A stretch of 34,168 nt of DNA. Origin: a virus (lineage: Duplodnaviria; Heunggongvirae; Uroviricota; Caudoviricetes). This document shows positions 23,711-31,195 of the stretch, piece after piece; position 1 is the first letter of the stretch; each line of letters begins with the position of its first letter. The notes beneath the pieces are model-generated. The model saw nothing but the letters and a program-made list of their open reading frames with translations, had not been told where the DNA came from and did not search any database. The DNA is taken from IMG/VR virus record IMGVR_UViG_3300045996_000667, positions 91,546 through 125,713 of that record; one strand, written 5' to 3'. Made by a program: the position numbers and the translations under genes.

Positions 23711-23741
23711 CTTTGCACATTGTGCAACCGGACTCGTATTC

Positions 23742-25721
23742 GTGATCATAGACCTGAAGCCTGAACAGCGGTTCTCGCTTTCTGCCAATTTCCTAGAAGA
23801 ATTCAAAACCAAGCAGCCGGACTGGGGTCCGGTCGGACTTATTACCTACAAGCGCACCTACGCCCGCCCTCTGCCAGATGGCCGATCTGAAGATTGGTGG
23901 CAGACCTGTAAGCGAGTGGTCGAAGGTGTCTACACTATCCAGCACTGGCACTGTGACCGCCTGAATCTCGAGTGGAAGCCTCGCAAGGCTCAAGCCTCGG
24001 CTCAGGAGATGTACCGCCTGATGTTCGACATGAAGTTCCTCCCGCCTGGCCGTGGCCTATGGATGATGGGAACTGACTACGTCTACCAGAATGGCGGGGC
24101 TGCCCTCAATAACTGCGCCTTCACCACCACTGAGCACATCGCTCAGGACTTCGCAGAACCGTTCTGCTTCCTGATGGACATGTCCATGCTCGGCGTCGGC
24201 GTCGGCGGCGACACGATGGGCAGCGGAACGTTCGTCGTAGCTAAGCCTCGTGAGAGTCAGGACACGCTCACCTACGTCATCGCAGACACGCGCGAGGGCT
24301 GGGTGGACTCCGTCCGAATGCTCCTGAAGGCCTTTGACGGCGATCGGATGCCGATCTTCGACTACAGCCAGATTCGTCCGCTCGGAGCGCCAATCAAGGG
24401 CTTCGGTGGCACAGCTGCTGGCCCTGAGCCGCTGCGGCGTTGTCACGAGATGCTGACAGCGTTGCTCACCCGACGCATCGGTCACGCTATCACCACGGCT
24501 GACATCGTTGACATCTTCAACATCATTGGCGTCTGCGTCGTCGCCGGCAACGTTCGCCGGTCAGCCGAGGTCATGCTCGGTGAGCTGGACGATCAGGAGT
24601 TCCTGAACGTTAAGAACCCTGACAAGTTCCAGGCAGAACTGATGTCGCATCGCTGGATGTCGAACAACTCAGTCACTGTCAACGTTGGCAGCGACTACAG
24701 GACGGTGGCAGGCCTCACAGCCAAGAACGGCGAGCCTGGCTACCTCTGGATGGACACGTGCAAGGCCTACGGGCGCCTGCAGGACCCGCCAGATTGGAAG
24801 GACAAGCGCGCCGTTGGCTCCAATCCATGTCTCGAGCAGACGCTTGAGAACTACGAACTGTGCTGTCTTGTCGAGACGTTCCCGTCGCGTCACGACTCCT
24901 ACGAGGAATACCAGCGCACTCTGAAGTTCGCCTACCTCTACGCCAAGACGGTTACGCTGATCCCGACGCACAACAAGAAGACCAACCGCGTCATGATGCG
25001 CAACCGCCGCATCGGCTGTTCGCAGTCTGGAATCATCCAGTCCATGGCGAAGCACGGTCGACGCAAGCACCTCAACTGGTCGGACGATGGCTATCGCTAC
25101 ATCCAGCACATGGACGAGGTCTACTCGGACTGGCTGGCCATCCCTCGCAGCATCAAGACCACGTCTGTCAAGCCGTCAGGCACGGTCAGCCTCCTACCAG
25201 GAGTGACACCAGGTATTCACTACGAGCACGCTGAGTACTACTTCAGGACTATCAGGATTGCCAAGATCAGCCCGCTGATCGCCCCGCTCCAAGAAGCTGG
25301 CTACCCGATAGAGGACGACAAGTATGACAGCAGCTCTTACGTCGTCTACTTCCCTATCAAGGCTCAACACTTTGACAGGGCCAAGAGCGATGTCAGCATG
25401 TGGGAGCAGCTCGAGAACGCGGCCGCCATGCAGTACTACTGGGCTGATAATCAGGTCAGTATCACCGTTACGTTCAAGCCTGAAGAGGCCAAGGACATTC
25501 AGCGAGCGCTGGAGATGTATGAGTCGCGCCTCAAGAGCGTGTCCTTCCTACCAGCCGAGGATCATGGCTACGTGCAGGCTCCTTATCAGACGCTTTCCCA
25601 GGAAGTGTACGAATTCTGGTCAAGTCGACTGAAGCCGCTGGTTCTGACCGACAACGTCCACGAGACGGAAGACAAGTTCTGTGACGGCGACAAGTGCGTG
25701 TTGCCGGGAGGACAACAGTGA
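23742..25721 (+). CDS. nrdJ: Class II (adenosylcobalamin-dependent) ribonucleotide reductase, monomeric RTPR-like
   Basis: 'KFLPPGRGLW', 'NNCAF', 'GNVRRSAE', 'GSNPCLEQ', 'CCLVE', 'TSVKPSGT', C-terminal 'FCDGDKC'; no small subunit nearby. Confidence 0.95.
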   Translation: MIIDLKPEQRFSLSANFLEEFKTKQPDWGPVGLITYKRTYARPLPDGRSEDWWQTCKRVVEGVYTIQHWHCDRLNLEWKPRKAQASAQEMYRLMFDMKFLPPGRGLWMMGTDYVYQNGGAALNNCAFTTTEHIAQDFAEPFCFLMDMSMLGVGVGGDTMGSGTFVVAKPRESQDTLTYVIADTREGWVDSVRMLLKAFDGDRMPIFDYSQIRPLGAPIKGFGGTAAGPEPLRRCHEMLTALLTRRIGHAITTADIVDIFNIIGVCVVAGNVRRSAEVMLGELDDQEFLNVKNPDKFQAELMSHRWMSNNSVTVNVGSDYRTVAGLTAKNGEPGYLWMDTCKAYGRLQDPPDWKDKRAVGSNPCLEQTLENYELCCLVETFPSRHDSYEEYQRTLKFAYLYAKTVTLIPTHNKKTNRVMMRNRRIGCSQSGIIQSMAKHGRRKHLNWSDDGYRYIQHMDEVYSDWLAIPRSIKTTSVKPSGTVSLLPGVTPGIHYEHAEYYFRTIRIAKISPLIAPLQEAGYPIEDDKYDSSSYVVYFPIKAQHFDRAKSDVSMWEQLENAAAMQYYWADNQVSITVTFKPEEAKDIQRALEMYESRLKSVSFLPAEDHGYVQAPYQTLSQEVYEFWSSRLKPLVLTDNVHETEDKFCDGDKCVLPGGQQ

Positions 25722-25903
25722 CAACGGCTGACTGGGCTTCGCTTCTGTCAGGCCTGCTCTGCCTGATGTTTGCTGCCATCTTTACGTTTCAAGATCCTAG
25801 GCTCTCATGGCTCTGCTATTCGGCGGGCATGTGGTGCTGCCAGGTCGCCTTAGCCGAAGTTCAGATAGAACACGAGAAACACAACAGTGAAACAACATCC
25901 TGA
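25718..25903 (+). CDS. Small membrane protein (61 aa)
   Basis: GTGA overlap with the RNR stop; two hydrophobic segments. Confidence 0.55.
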   Translation: MTTADWASLLSGLLCLMFAAIFTFQDPRLSWLCYSAGMWCCQVALAEVQIEHEKHNSETTS

Positions 25904-26189
25904 CGAAGACCGTTGGCCTTGGCCGACTGATATTACATTCCAGATTCGCCAACATCCCGGCAGCAAGGACCACATCTATGTCGGATACGAGGCGGTCTGG
26001 TACGGCGAGCTGAGGACCAAGTGGGTCAAGCTTTACGCACCATGGCGGTCACGGCTCGACAACGAGCTTCTCGTCGGCGTGCTAATCAATCTAACAGAGG
26101 ATGCCAGGACTATGCACAAGTCGCTGACCCTCAACAACGAGGACGGAAATAGTGGAACAGCAAGCGCAGAACCAGACGCCGCAGTTTAG
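25887..26189 (+). CDS. Hypothetical protein (100 aa)
   Basis: ORF in the dense plus-strand run. Confidence 0.55.
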   Translation: MKQHPDEDRWPWPTDITFQIRQHPGSKDHIYVGYEAVWYGELRTKWVKLYAPWRSRLDNELLVGVLINLTEDARTMHKSLTLNNEDGNSGTASAEPDAAV

Positions 26190-26400
26190 CGTCGACATCG
26201 TGGCAACCGGCATCCTGATCACCATTCCAGAGGGAGTGCAGATCATGGCTGGCGACGTCAGGAACGTGCTGGAATCGGTCAGGGACATCATGGTGACCTA
26301 CGCCACCCTGCAGATCGAGGAAAAGGCTCTAGAAGCTGCGGATGCTGCGGAAGCTGCAGCGCACGCTGACGCGATCGCTCGAAACCCCAGCGCAGAGTGA
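26152..26400 (+). CDS. Hypothetical protein (82 aa)
   Basis: GAGGA SD; ORF in the dense run. Confidence 0.55.
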   Translation: MEQQAQNQTPQFSVDIVATGILITIPEGVQIMAGDVRNVLESVRDIMVTYATLQIEEKALEAADAAEAAAHADAIARNPSAE

Positions 26401-26401
26401 A

Positions 26402-26875
26402 GTGAAGAATCTGTACAGCCAACTGAGGCTGGTCCCGCTGACGCTCAGGGAAGCTAACGCTTTCGTTGAGCAATTTCACCGCCACCACAAGCCGTCTCGA
26501 GGGCACAAGTTCTCGATCGGCGCGGTGGTTGGTGATGATCAGCTCGTCGGCGCTGTTATTGTTGGCAGACCGGTAGCTCGTGCGGTAAACTGGAAGGAAG
26601 TCGCAGAAGTCAACAGGCTGGTAACCGATGGCACGCCGCATGTGTGCTCCATGCTCTATGCGGCAGCCGCTCGTGCGTGCAGAGCTATGGGCTACCACAA
26701 GATACACACGTATATTTTGCAATCTGAACCTGGCACTAGCCTGAAAGCTGCTGGGTGGCACAAAGAGGGCGATACAGTCGGCGGGGACTGGAATTGCCCA
26801 GGACGTAAGGGTCCTCGCAGAACTGATCAACCTATGGAGCCCAAGCAACGCTGGGCAAAGGTGCTTAACCCATGA
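26402..26875 (+). CDS. XF1762-family / Mom-like GNAT DNA-modification protein
   Basis: 'ANAFVEQFHRHHKP..GHKFSIG...VGAVIVGRPVAR...EVNRLVTDGTPHVCSMLY...GY..I.TYIL.SEPGTSLKAAGW'; GTG 26402 follows the upstream stop. Confidence 0.8.
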   Translation: MKNLYSQLRLVPLTLREANAFVEQFHRHHKPSRGHKFSIGAVVGDDQLVGAVIVGRPVARAVNWKEVAEVNRLVTDGTPHVCSMLYAAAARACRAMGYHKIHTYILQSEPGTSLKAAGWHKEGDTVGGDWNCPGRKGPRRTDQPMEPKQRWAKVLNP

Positions 26876-27027
26876 GCGAATGGCATAACTGCTACGTATG
26901 CGACGAAGACTGCACGTGCGGCGCACACTTCCAGAGTGATTGCGCGGGCTGCGGTGCCTGCAACGATAGCTTCGGGTACGACGACTACGACGACGACGAC
27001 TACGACGACTACGACGAGCGGTGGTAG
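26872..27027 (+). CDS. Cys-rich microprotein with a Tyr/Asp tail (51 aa)
   Basis: Not in the ORF track. Hand translation MSEWHNCYVCDEDCTCGAHFQSDCAGCGACNDSFGYDDYDDDDYDDYDERW; ATGA-coupled; next ATG follows its stop directly. Confidence 0.65.
   Translation: MSEWHNCYVCDEDCTCGAHFQSDCAGCGACNDSFGYDDYDDDDYDDYDERW
26977..27018. repeat. Trinucleotide-type repeat (TAC/GAC)
   Basis: TAC GAC GAC TAC GAC GAC GAC GAC TAC GAC GAC TAC GAC GAG. Confidence 0.9.
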
Positions 27028-27222
27028 ATGAAGTTCGAACTCAACGAGCGCGAACAGGAAACCGCCAAGAAGTGGCGTCATCCCTGCTGGCCCAAGAAAC
27101 AAGCCAAAGCGCACAATCCTGAGTACACCTTCGGCAACGGCAGCGGCATAGGCCGTCACGTATACATTCGCTGCATGCAGTGCGGCGTCACAAAAGACAT
27201 CACAGATTACGAGAGCTGGTAA
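27028..27222 (+). CDS. Small Zn-ribbon-like phage protein
   Basis: 'GSGIGRHVYIRCMQCGVTKDITDYESW' conserved phage-type C-terminus. Confidence 0.7.
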   Translation: MKFELNEREQETAKKWRHPCWPKKQAKAHNPEYTFGNGSGIGRHVYIRCMQCGVTKDITDYESW

Positions 27223-28025
27223 TGATCGTCCTCTATCACGGTTCGTGTCCAGACGGCTTCGGGGCCGCTTGGGCTGCACACATGTTCAATGAAGCTGCTG
27301 TGCTCATGCCTGTCATGCACGGTCAGGACCCACCCACCCTGCCCTACGGTGCTAAGGTGTACATGCTGGACTTCTCCTACAAGCGGCCAGTCATGGAGAA
27401 GCTGGCAGCGATGGTCGACCTGACCGTCATTGACCATCACAAGACAGCGCAAGCAGAACTGGCAGGTTTCCCGAACTGCACGTTCGACATGACCAAGTCC
27501 GGCGCTGTCCTCGCCTACGAGCACTTCTTCCCAGGCTGCCGCCTGCCAATCCTGCTCGAATACATTCAGGATCGAGACATCTGGCAGTGGAAGATGCCTG
27601 ATAGCACTGCCGTGTGCGCCTACATCGACTCATACGAGTGGACGATCGGCAACTTCAACTTCCTGCAGTATCAGATTGCCAGCCACTTCCGTGACGTCGT
27701 GACGGCGGGCAACGCTATCCTGCGCTATCAGGAACAGCAGACACGACAGGGCGCTAGGAATGCCATCTTTACCAACGTTGGCGGCCACCTAGTGCCTGTG
27801 GTCAACGCTGCCATGGGTTCTCAGGTCGCCATGAGGCTCTGTGAGCTCCATCCAGAGGCCAAGTTCGCCTGCTACTACTTCGACAGGCCGGACGGGAAGC
27901 GCCAGTGGGGCCTGCGCTCCAATAACGGCTTCGACGTGTCGGAGATTGCCAAGGCCTACGGAGGCGGCGGGCACGCAGCAGCTGCCGGCTTCGAAACCAG
28001 CACACCGAGTTTTCTAGATGTTTAG
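27222..28025 (+). CDS. DHH/DHHA1 family phosphoesterase
   Basis: 'YHGSCPDGFGAAW', 'LDFSY', 'IDHHK', 'DRDIW', 'GGGGHAAAAGF'; TAATG-coupled start at 27222. Confidence 0.9.
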   Translation: MIVLYHGSCPDGFGAAWAAHMFNEAAVLMPVMHGQDPPTLPYGAKVYMLDFSYKRPVMEKLAAMVDLTVIDHHKTAQAELAGFPNCTFDMTKSGAVLAYEHFFPGCRLPILLEYIQDRDIWQWKMPDSTAVCAYIDSYEWTIGNFNFLQYQIASHFRDVVTAGNAILRYQEQQTRQGARNAIFTNVGGHLVPVVNAAMGSQVAMRLCELHPEAKFACYYFDRPDGKRQWGLRSNNGFDVSEIAKAYGGGGHAAAAGFETSTPSFLDV

Positions 28026-28275
28026 ACGAGACAAATATTTTTTTCTCGGCGGGAACGAAAAACACCTCAGTATCACGATCTGGAGACTCGAGTGGACCTT
28101 CTTTGACTGGACTCTATCCTGGCGAACCAAGGAACAGGCATTCGAGTCATGGAAGGCTTTGTTCTCCCTGCGTTGCACAATGTGCAGAGCATGGACGCTC
28201 GGCTGCGGTGAGCACCGCTTCTGCGGGCTGTGCGAGCCGTGCAAGGTGAGCGTAGAGGGCGACATCAATGACTGA
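28018..28275 (+). CDS. Hypothetical Cys-rich protein (85 aa)
   Basis: 'CTMC...C..H..C..C..C'; overlapping coupling. Confidence 0.55.
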   Translation: MFRRDKYFFLGGNEKHLSITIWRLEWTFFDWTLSWRTKEQAFESWKALFSLRCTMCRAWTLGCGEHRFCGLCEPCKVSVEGDIND

Positions 28276-28669
28276 CCTGCCGAAGTTCAATCTCTGGCTG
28301 GACGACGTCCGCGATCCAAGCATGTTCGGCTGCATTGGCTGGTACTGGGTCAAGACTGTCGAAGAGGCCAAGGAACAGATCCTGTCAGGCCGAGTAGCGC
28401 ATGCCAGCCTTGACCATGACCTCGGAGCCTGCCCAACCTGCCTAGACGGCAAGACTGAAATCGAGTGGATGGAGGCCAACAACTGGCAGTCCATGCCAAA
28501 CTGCAACCACTTCGGGACCGGCTACGACTTTTGCCTGTGGATGGCAGAAACTGGCAACTGGCCAGAGCATAAACCAACTGTTCATTCTGCTAACCCTGTC
28601 GGCCGCGACAGGATGCGCGGAGTGATTGACAGGTATTTCCCAAAGGATAACAGCAATGATGACAACTGA
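28268..28669 (+). CDS. Cyclic-phosphate processing receiver-domain protein
   Basis: 'LWLDDVRDP', 'VKTVEEA', 'SLDHDLG', 'TGYDFCLWM', 'VHSANPVGRDRM'. Confidence 0.85.
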   Translation: MTDLPKFNLWLDDVRDPSMFGCIGWYWVKTVEEAKEQILSGRVAHASLDHDLGACPTCLDGKTEIEWMEANNWQSMPNCNHFGTGYDFCLWMAETGNWPEHKPTVHSANPVGRDRMRGVIDRYFPKDNSNDDN

Positions 28670-28769
28670 CGGCTGGGTGCCCAGCCCTGACAACGACTAC
28701 AAGACTGAACTGGTCAACAAACCGCCTGTTCCCAATCCGGACGAGCCTGAGACGCCTGAAGGCGAATGA
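28656..28769 (+). CDS. Small Pro/acidic protein (37 aa)
   Basis: AAAGGA SD; hand translation MMTTDGWVPSPDNDY...; ATGA-coupled to the next ORF. Confidence 0.4.
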   Translation: MMTTDGWVPSPDNDYKTELVNKPPVPNPDEPETPEGE

Positions 28770-28915
28770 GCTACCGGGTAGCCAACAGCACCATCGTCCA
28801 AGGATGGACCATTCGATGCGGCGTTTGCGGCTTCAGGGGGCCGTATAACGCCACTGAGTGGTGGCACCACCTTATGCGAAAGTGCCGAGAGGCCATGAAG
28901 GGCAGGATGTATTGA
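28766..28915 (+). CDS. Small Zn-finger-like protein (49 aa)
   Basis: MSYRVANSTIVQGWTIRCGVCGFRGPYNATEWWHHLMRKC... Confidence 0.5.
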   Translation: MSYRVANSTIVQGWTIRCGVCGFRGPYNATEWWHHLMRKCREAMKGRMY

Positions 28916-28961
28916 GGATAACCTCCAGATACCCTGCCCGTAGACAGCCAGAAAAAAGTTC

Positions 28962-28989
28962 TTGACCTCGTGCGTGGGCGCCCTATACT
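28962..28989 (+). promoter_or_regulatory. Sigma70-like promoter
   Basis: A-tract, then TTGACC-16-TATACT, 24 nt before ATG 29014. Confidence 0.65.
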
Positions 28990-29013
28990 CAGATCGCAAG
29001 GAGCTAACAGCAC

Positions 29014-29499
29014 ATGGCAAGAACCTACCGTCAGCGTGGAACCAATCAGCAGTATCCCAGCATCGGCGGCATCAACCTCATGAGCTACGCCAAGGCGCAG
29101 GTCATGGACCAGATCACCAGGCTGCAGGCCGAACTCGACGGCCCGCTGCGCAACGTGGAACTGCCGCCGCACTACTCGCCGGTCAACATTCCTGTCCTCA
29201 AGCCGATTCGCTCGGGAGCGGCTCCGGTCGAGCGTCCCGGTCGAGCGAAGCCCCAGATGAGCGCCGCTGCTCGCAAGCGCATCTCCGAGGCTCAGAAGAA
29301 GCGCTGGGCAGCCCGCAACGCTGCTCATGCCGCAGTGGTCAATCAGGCCGCTGGAGGCACGGATGAGGCACAAGCCGCCGAGACAGGCGGCACAGAGGCC
29401 GTAGCCGAGACTGCGGCCCCTGACGCCGCTCCGAAGCGCGGTCGCCAGCGTGGGGCAGCAAAGGGCGCAAAGCGCGGGCGCAAACCCGCTCAGGCCTAA
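29014..29499 (+). CDS. Histone-like/nucleoid-associated basic protein
   Basis: AAGGAG SD; coiled coil, then 'MSAAARKRISEAQKKRWAA' and a K/R/A-rich tail. Confidence 0.65.
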   Translation: MARTYRQRGTNQQYPSIGGINLMSYAKAQVMDQITRLQAELDGPLRNVELPPHYSPVNIPVLKPIRSGAAPVERPGRAKPQMSAAARKRISEAQKKRWAARNAAHAAVVNQAAGGTDEAQAAETGGTEAVAETAAPDAAPKRGRQRGAAKGAKRGRKPAQA

Positions 29500-29504
29500 C
29501 AAAC

Positions 29505-29541
29505 AAGGCCGATCATCGCGAGGTGGTCGGCCTTTACTTTT
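29505..29541 (+). terminator. Rho-independent terminator
   Basis: AAGGCCGATCATC-GCGA-GGTGGTCGGCCTT (GNRA loop, G-U pairs fit the + strand) followed by TACTTTT. Confidence 0.85.
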
Positions 29542-29544
29542 GCC

Positions 29545-29573
29545 TTGACACACACAGAAACCTTGTGTATCGT
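29545..29573 (+). promoter_or_regulatory. Sigma70 promoter with an embedded operator, driving the NAD operon
   Basis: TTGACA-17-TATCGT; spacer carries CACAC-N9-GTGTA (29551-29569). Confidence 0.8.
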
Positions 29574-29606
29574 GTTCGTAGTACCAATTCTGAAAGGATT
29601 CCTTTA

Positions 29607-29792
29607 ATGGAAGACGTCGAACTTGACGTAGTCGTCCGACTGCGTGCAAATCCCAACACCATGATCAGCCCTGACGCCATCGGACAGGTGATTGGAGAGT
29701 CCATCAACGATCTGTACAAGCGCCGCCACGTCGAAGCTGCCGTAATCTGCGAAGAGGTTGACATCGACGGTGAGGCAGTCTGGGTTAGGTAA
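29607..29792 (+). CDS. Hypothetical protein (61 aa)
   Basis: AAAGGA SD before ATG 29607. Confidence 0.6.
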   Translation: MEDVELDVVVRLRANPNTMISPDAIGQVIGESINDLYKRRHVEAAVICEEVDIDGEAVWVR

Positions 29793-29953
29793 TGAGCATC
29801 ATCCGCCCTGATCGCATCAGAAACGTCACAAAGCACGATCTGGCAAAAATTGCCAAGCTGCTCACGCTTGTCGAGCACAACGCCGCCGACATCGCCGTCC
29901 AGCTCGAGGCTCGCAAGTACATCGACATGCTGCGAGAGATGTTCGAAGAATGA
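29792..29953 (+). CDS. Hypothetical protein (53 aa)
   Basis: Hand translation MSIIRPDRIRNVTKHDLAKIAKLL...; TAATG and ATGA coupling. Confidence 0.6.
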   Translation: MSIIRPDRIRNVTKHDLAKIAKLLTLVEHNAADIAVQLEARKYIDMLREMFEE

Positions 29954-30312
29954 TAGGCCTCCTGTTTGTAATACTGCTTGCCCTAGTGTACCTGTCCATC
30001 GTTGCAGATAGGCACACATCGAAGCTTGGCGAGCGAGTCAAAGACGTCGAGGCCACTAACAAGCGCATATTAGAGGCTATCCAACTGCAAGTCGCTCTGA
30101 ACGCTGACACCGAAAAGCGATTCAAGAACGTCGAAGCCAAGGGTGATACGGCGCAGCGCTCCATCTCTAGACTGGCCACCAACGTCAATGATTCCCTGTC
30201 AGTGGCTCAGCACAATGACGCAGAACTGCTAGCAGCTATCAAGCAACTGGCAGAAAAGACAGCTGAGCACTCGCTCCTCCTCATTCCGGAGAAAAAGATT
30301 GGCCATGCTTAA
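29950..30312 (+). CDS. Membrane-anchored coiled-coil protein
   Basis: N-terminal hydrophobic helix, then heptad-like charged region. Confidence 0.6.
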   Translation: MIGLLFVILLALVYLSIVADRHTSKLGERVKDVEATNKRILEAIQLQVALNADTEKRFKNVEAKGDTAQRSISRLATNVNDSLSVAQHNDAELLAAIKQLAEKTAEHSLLLIPEKKIGHA

Positions 30313-31195
30313 CGGCGTAGGCGTGATTATCGCCAGGTTTCAAGTCCCAGAGCTGACGTCGAATCACAAGGCACTGATCAAGCACGTCTCAAGCCGACAC
30401 GACGACGTTCTGGTGCTTCTCGGATGCGGCGCTCCAAGCAAGCGAAACCCGTTGCCGTTCCGTCTCCGCGAACAGATGGTGAACGAGCAGGGTTTAGCCA
30501 TTACCGTGCTGCCCATTCAAGACGGGCCTAGCGACGAGGAGTGGTCCCAGCGTGTCGACGGCATCATCTCAACGATCTACCCGTTTCGGTCTGTCACCAT
30601 CTACGGTGGCCCAGGAAGCTTCATCCCTCACTACAAGGGGCACTTTACGACTGAGGAAGTTGCCAGCTTCGATGGCGAGAGCGGGAATGAACTGCGCCAC
30701 GAAGTCCTCGAAAGCCAAGGCTACGGACAGGACTTCCGCCGTGGCGTGATCTGGTCACAGATGGCGCGCTTTGACAGGGCCTATCCGGTCGTTGACATCG
30801 CTATCTACGACCGTGATGCTGACGCCTTTCTGATGGCGCGCAAGCCTGTCGAAGCCAATACAACAGGGTATCGATTCATAGGAGGGTTCGTTGACCCGCG
30901 TGACTCTAGCCTTGAAGATGCGGCGATCAGAGAGACGAAAGAAGAGACAGGAGCTACGATTTCTGCTCCTACATATATTGGCAGCGTCAGGATCGATGAC
31001 TGGCGCTATCGCGGCTCAGGCGACGGGATTATCTCGTCAGTCTTCCTAGCAGACTTCGTTCCGACGCTTGATCGTGTCAAACCCAACGACGACATCATCA
31101 CGTTGAGGTGGGTTCCTAGGTGCAACCTGACCTATGAGGTCCTGCCGGTGCATGAGGGCGTTGCCAACCTCGTTCTGGAGAAGTTCCGCCGATGA
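30299..31195 (+). CDS. nadM: Bifunctional NMN adenylyltransferase / Nudix hydrolase (NadM-Nudix type)
   Basis: 'ARFQV', 'SKRNPLPFRLREQM', 'FRRGVIW', Nudix box 'GGFVDPRDSSLEDAAIRETKEETG', 'DDWRYR'. Confidence 0.9.
   Translation: MAMLNGVGVIIARFQVPELTSNHKALIKHVSSRHDDVLVLLGCGAPSKRNPLPFRLREQMVNEQGLAITVLPIQDGPSDEEWSQRVDGIISTIYPFRSVTIYGGPGSFIPHYKGHFTTEEVASFDGESGNELRHEVLESQGYGQDFRRGVIWSQMARFDRAYPVVDIAIYDRDADAFLMARKPVEANTTGYRFIGGFVDPRDSSLEDAAIRETKEETGATISAPTYIGSVRIDDWRYRGSGDGIISSVFLADFVPTLDRVKPNDDIITLRWVPRCNLTYEVLPVHEGVANLVLEKFRR

Noticed and set aside
26977-27018. CRISPR-like or non-coding repeat array
   Set aside because: Simple codon repeat encoding Tyr/Asp in a coupled ORF; no repeat-spacer structure and no cas genes.
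28771-29649. 292-aa minus-strand ORF
   Set aside because: Antisense shadow of the histone-like gene and neighbours; crosses promoters and a terminator; no recognisable motifs.
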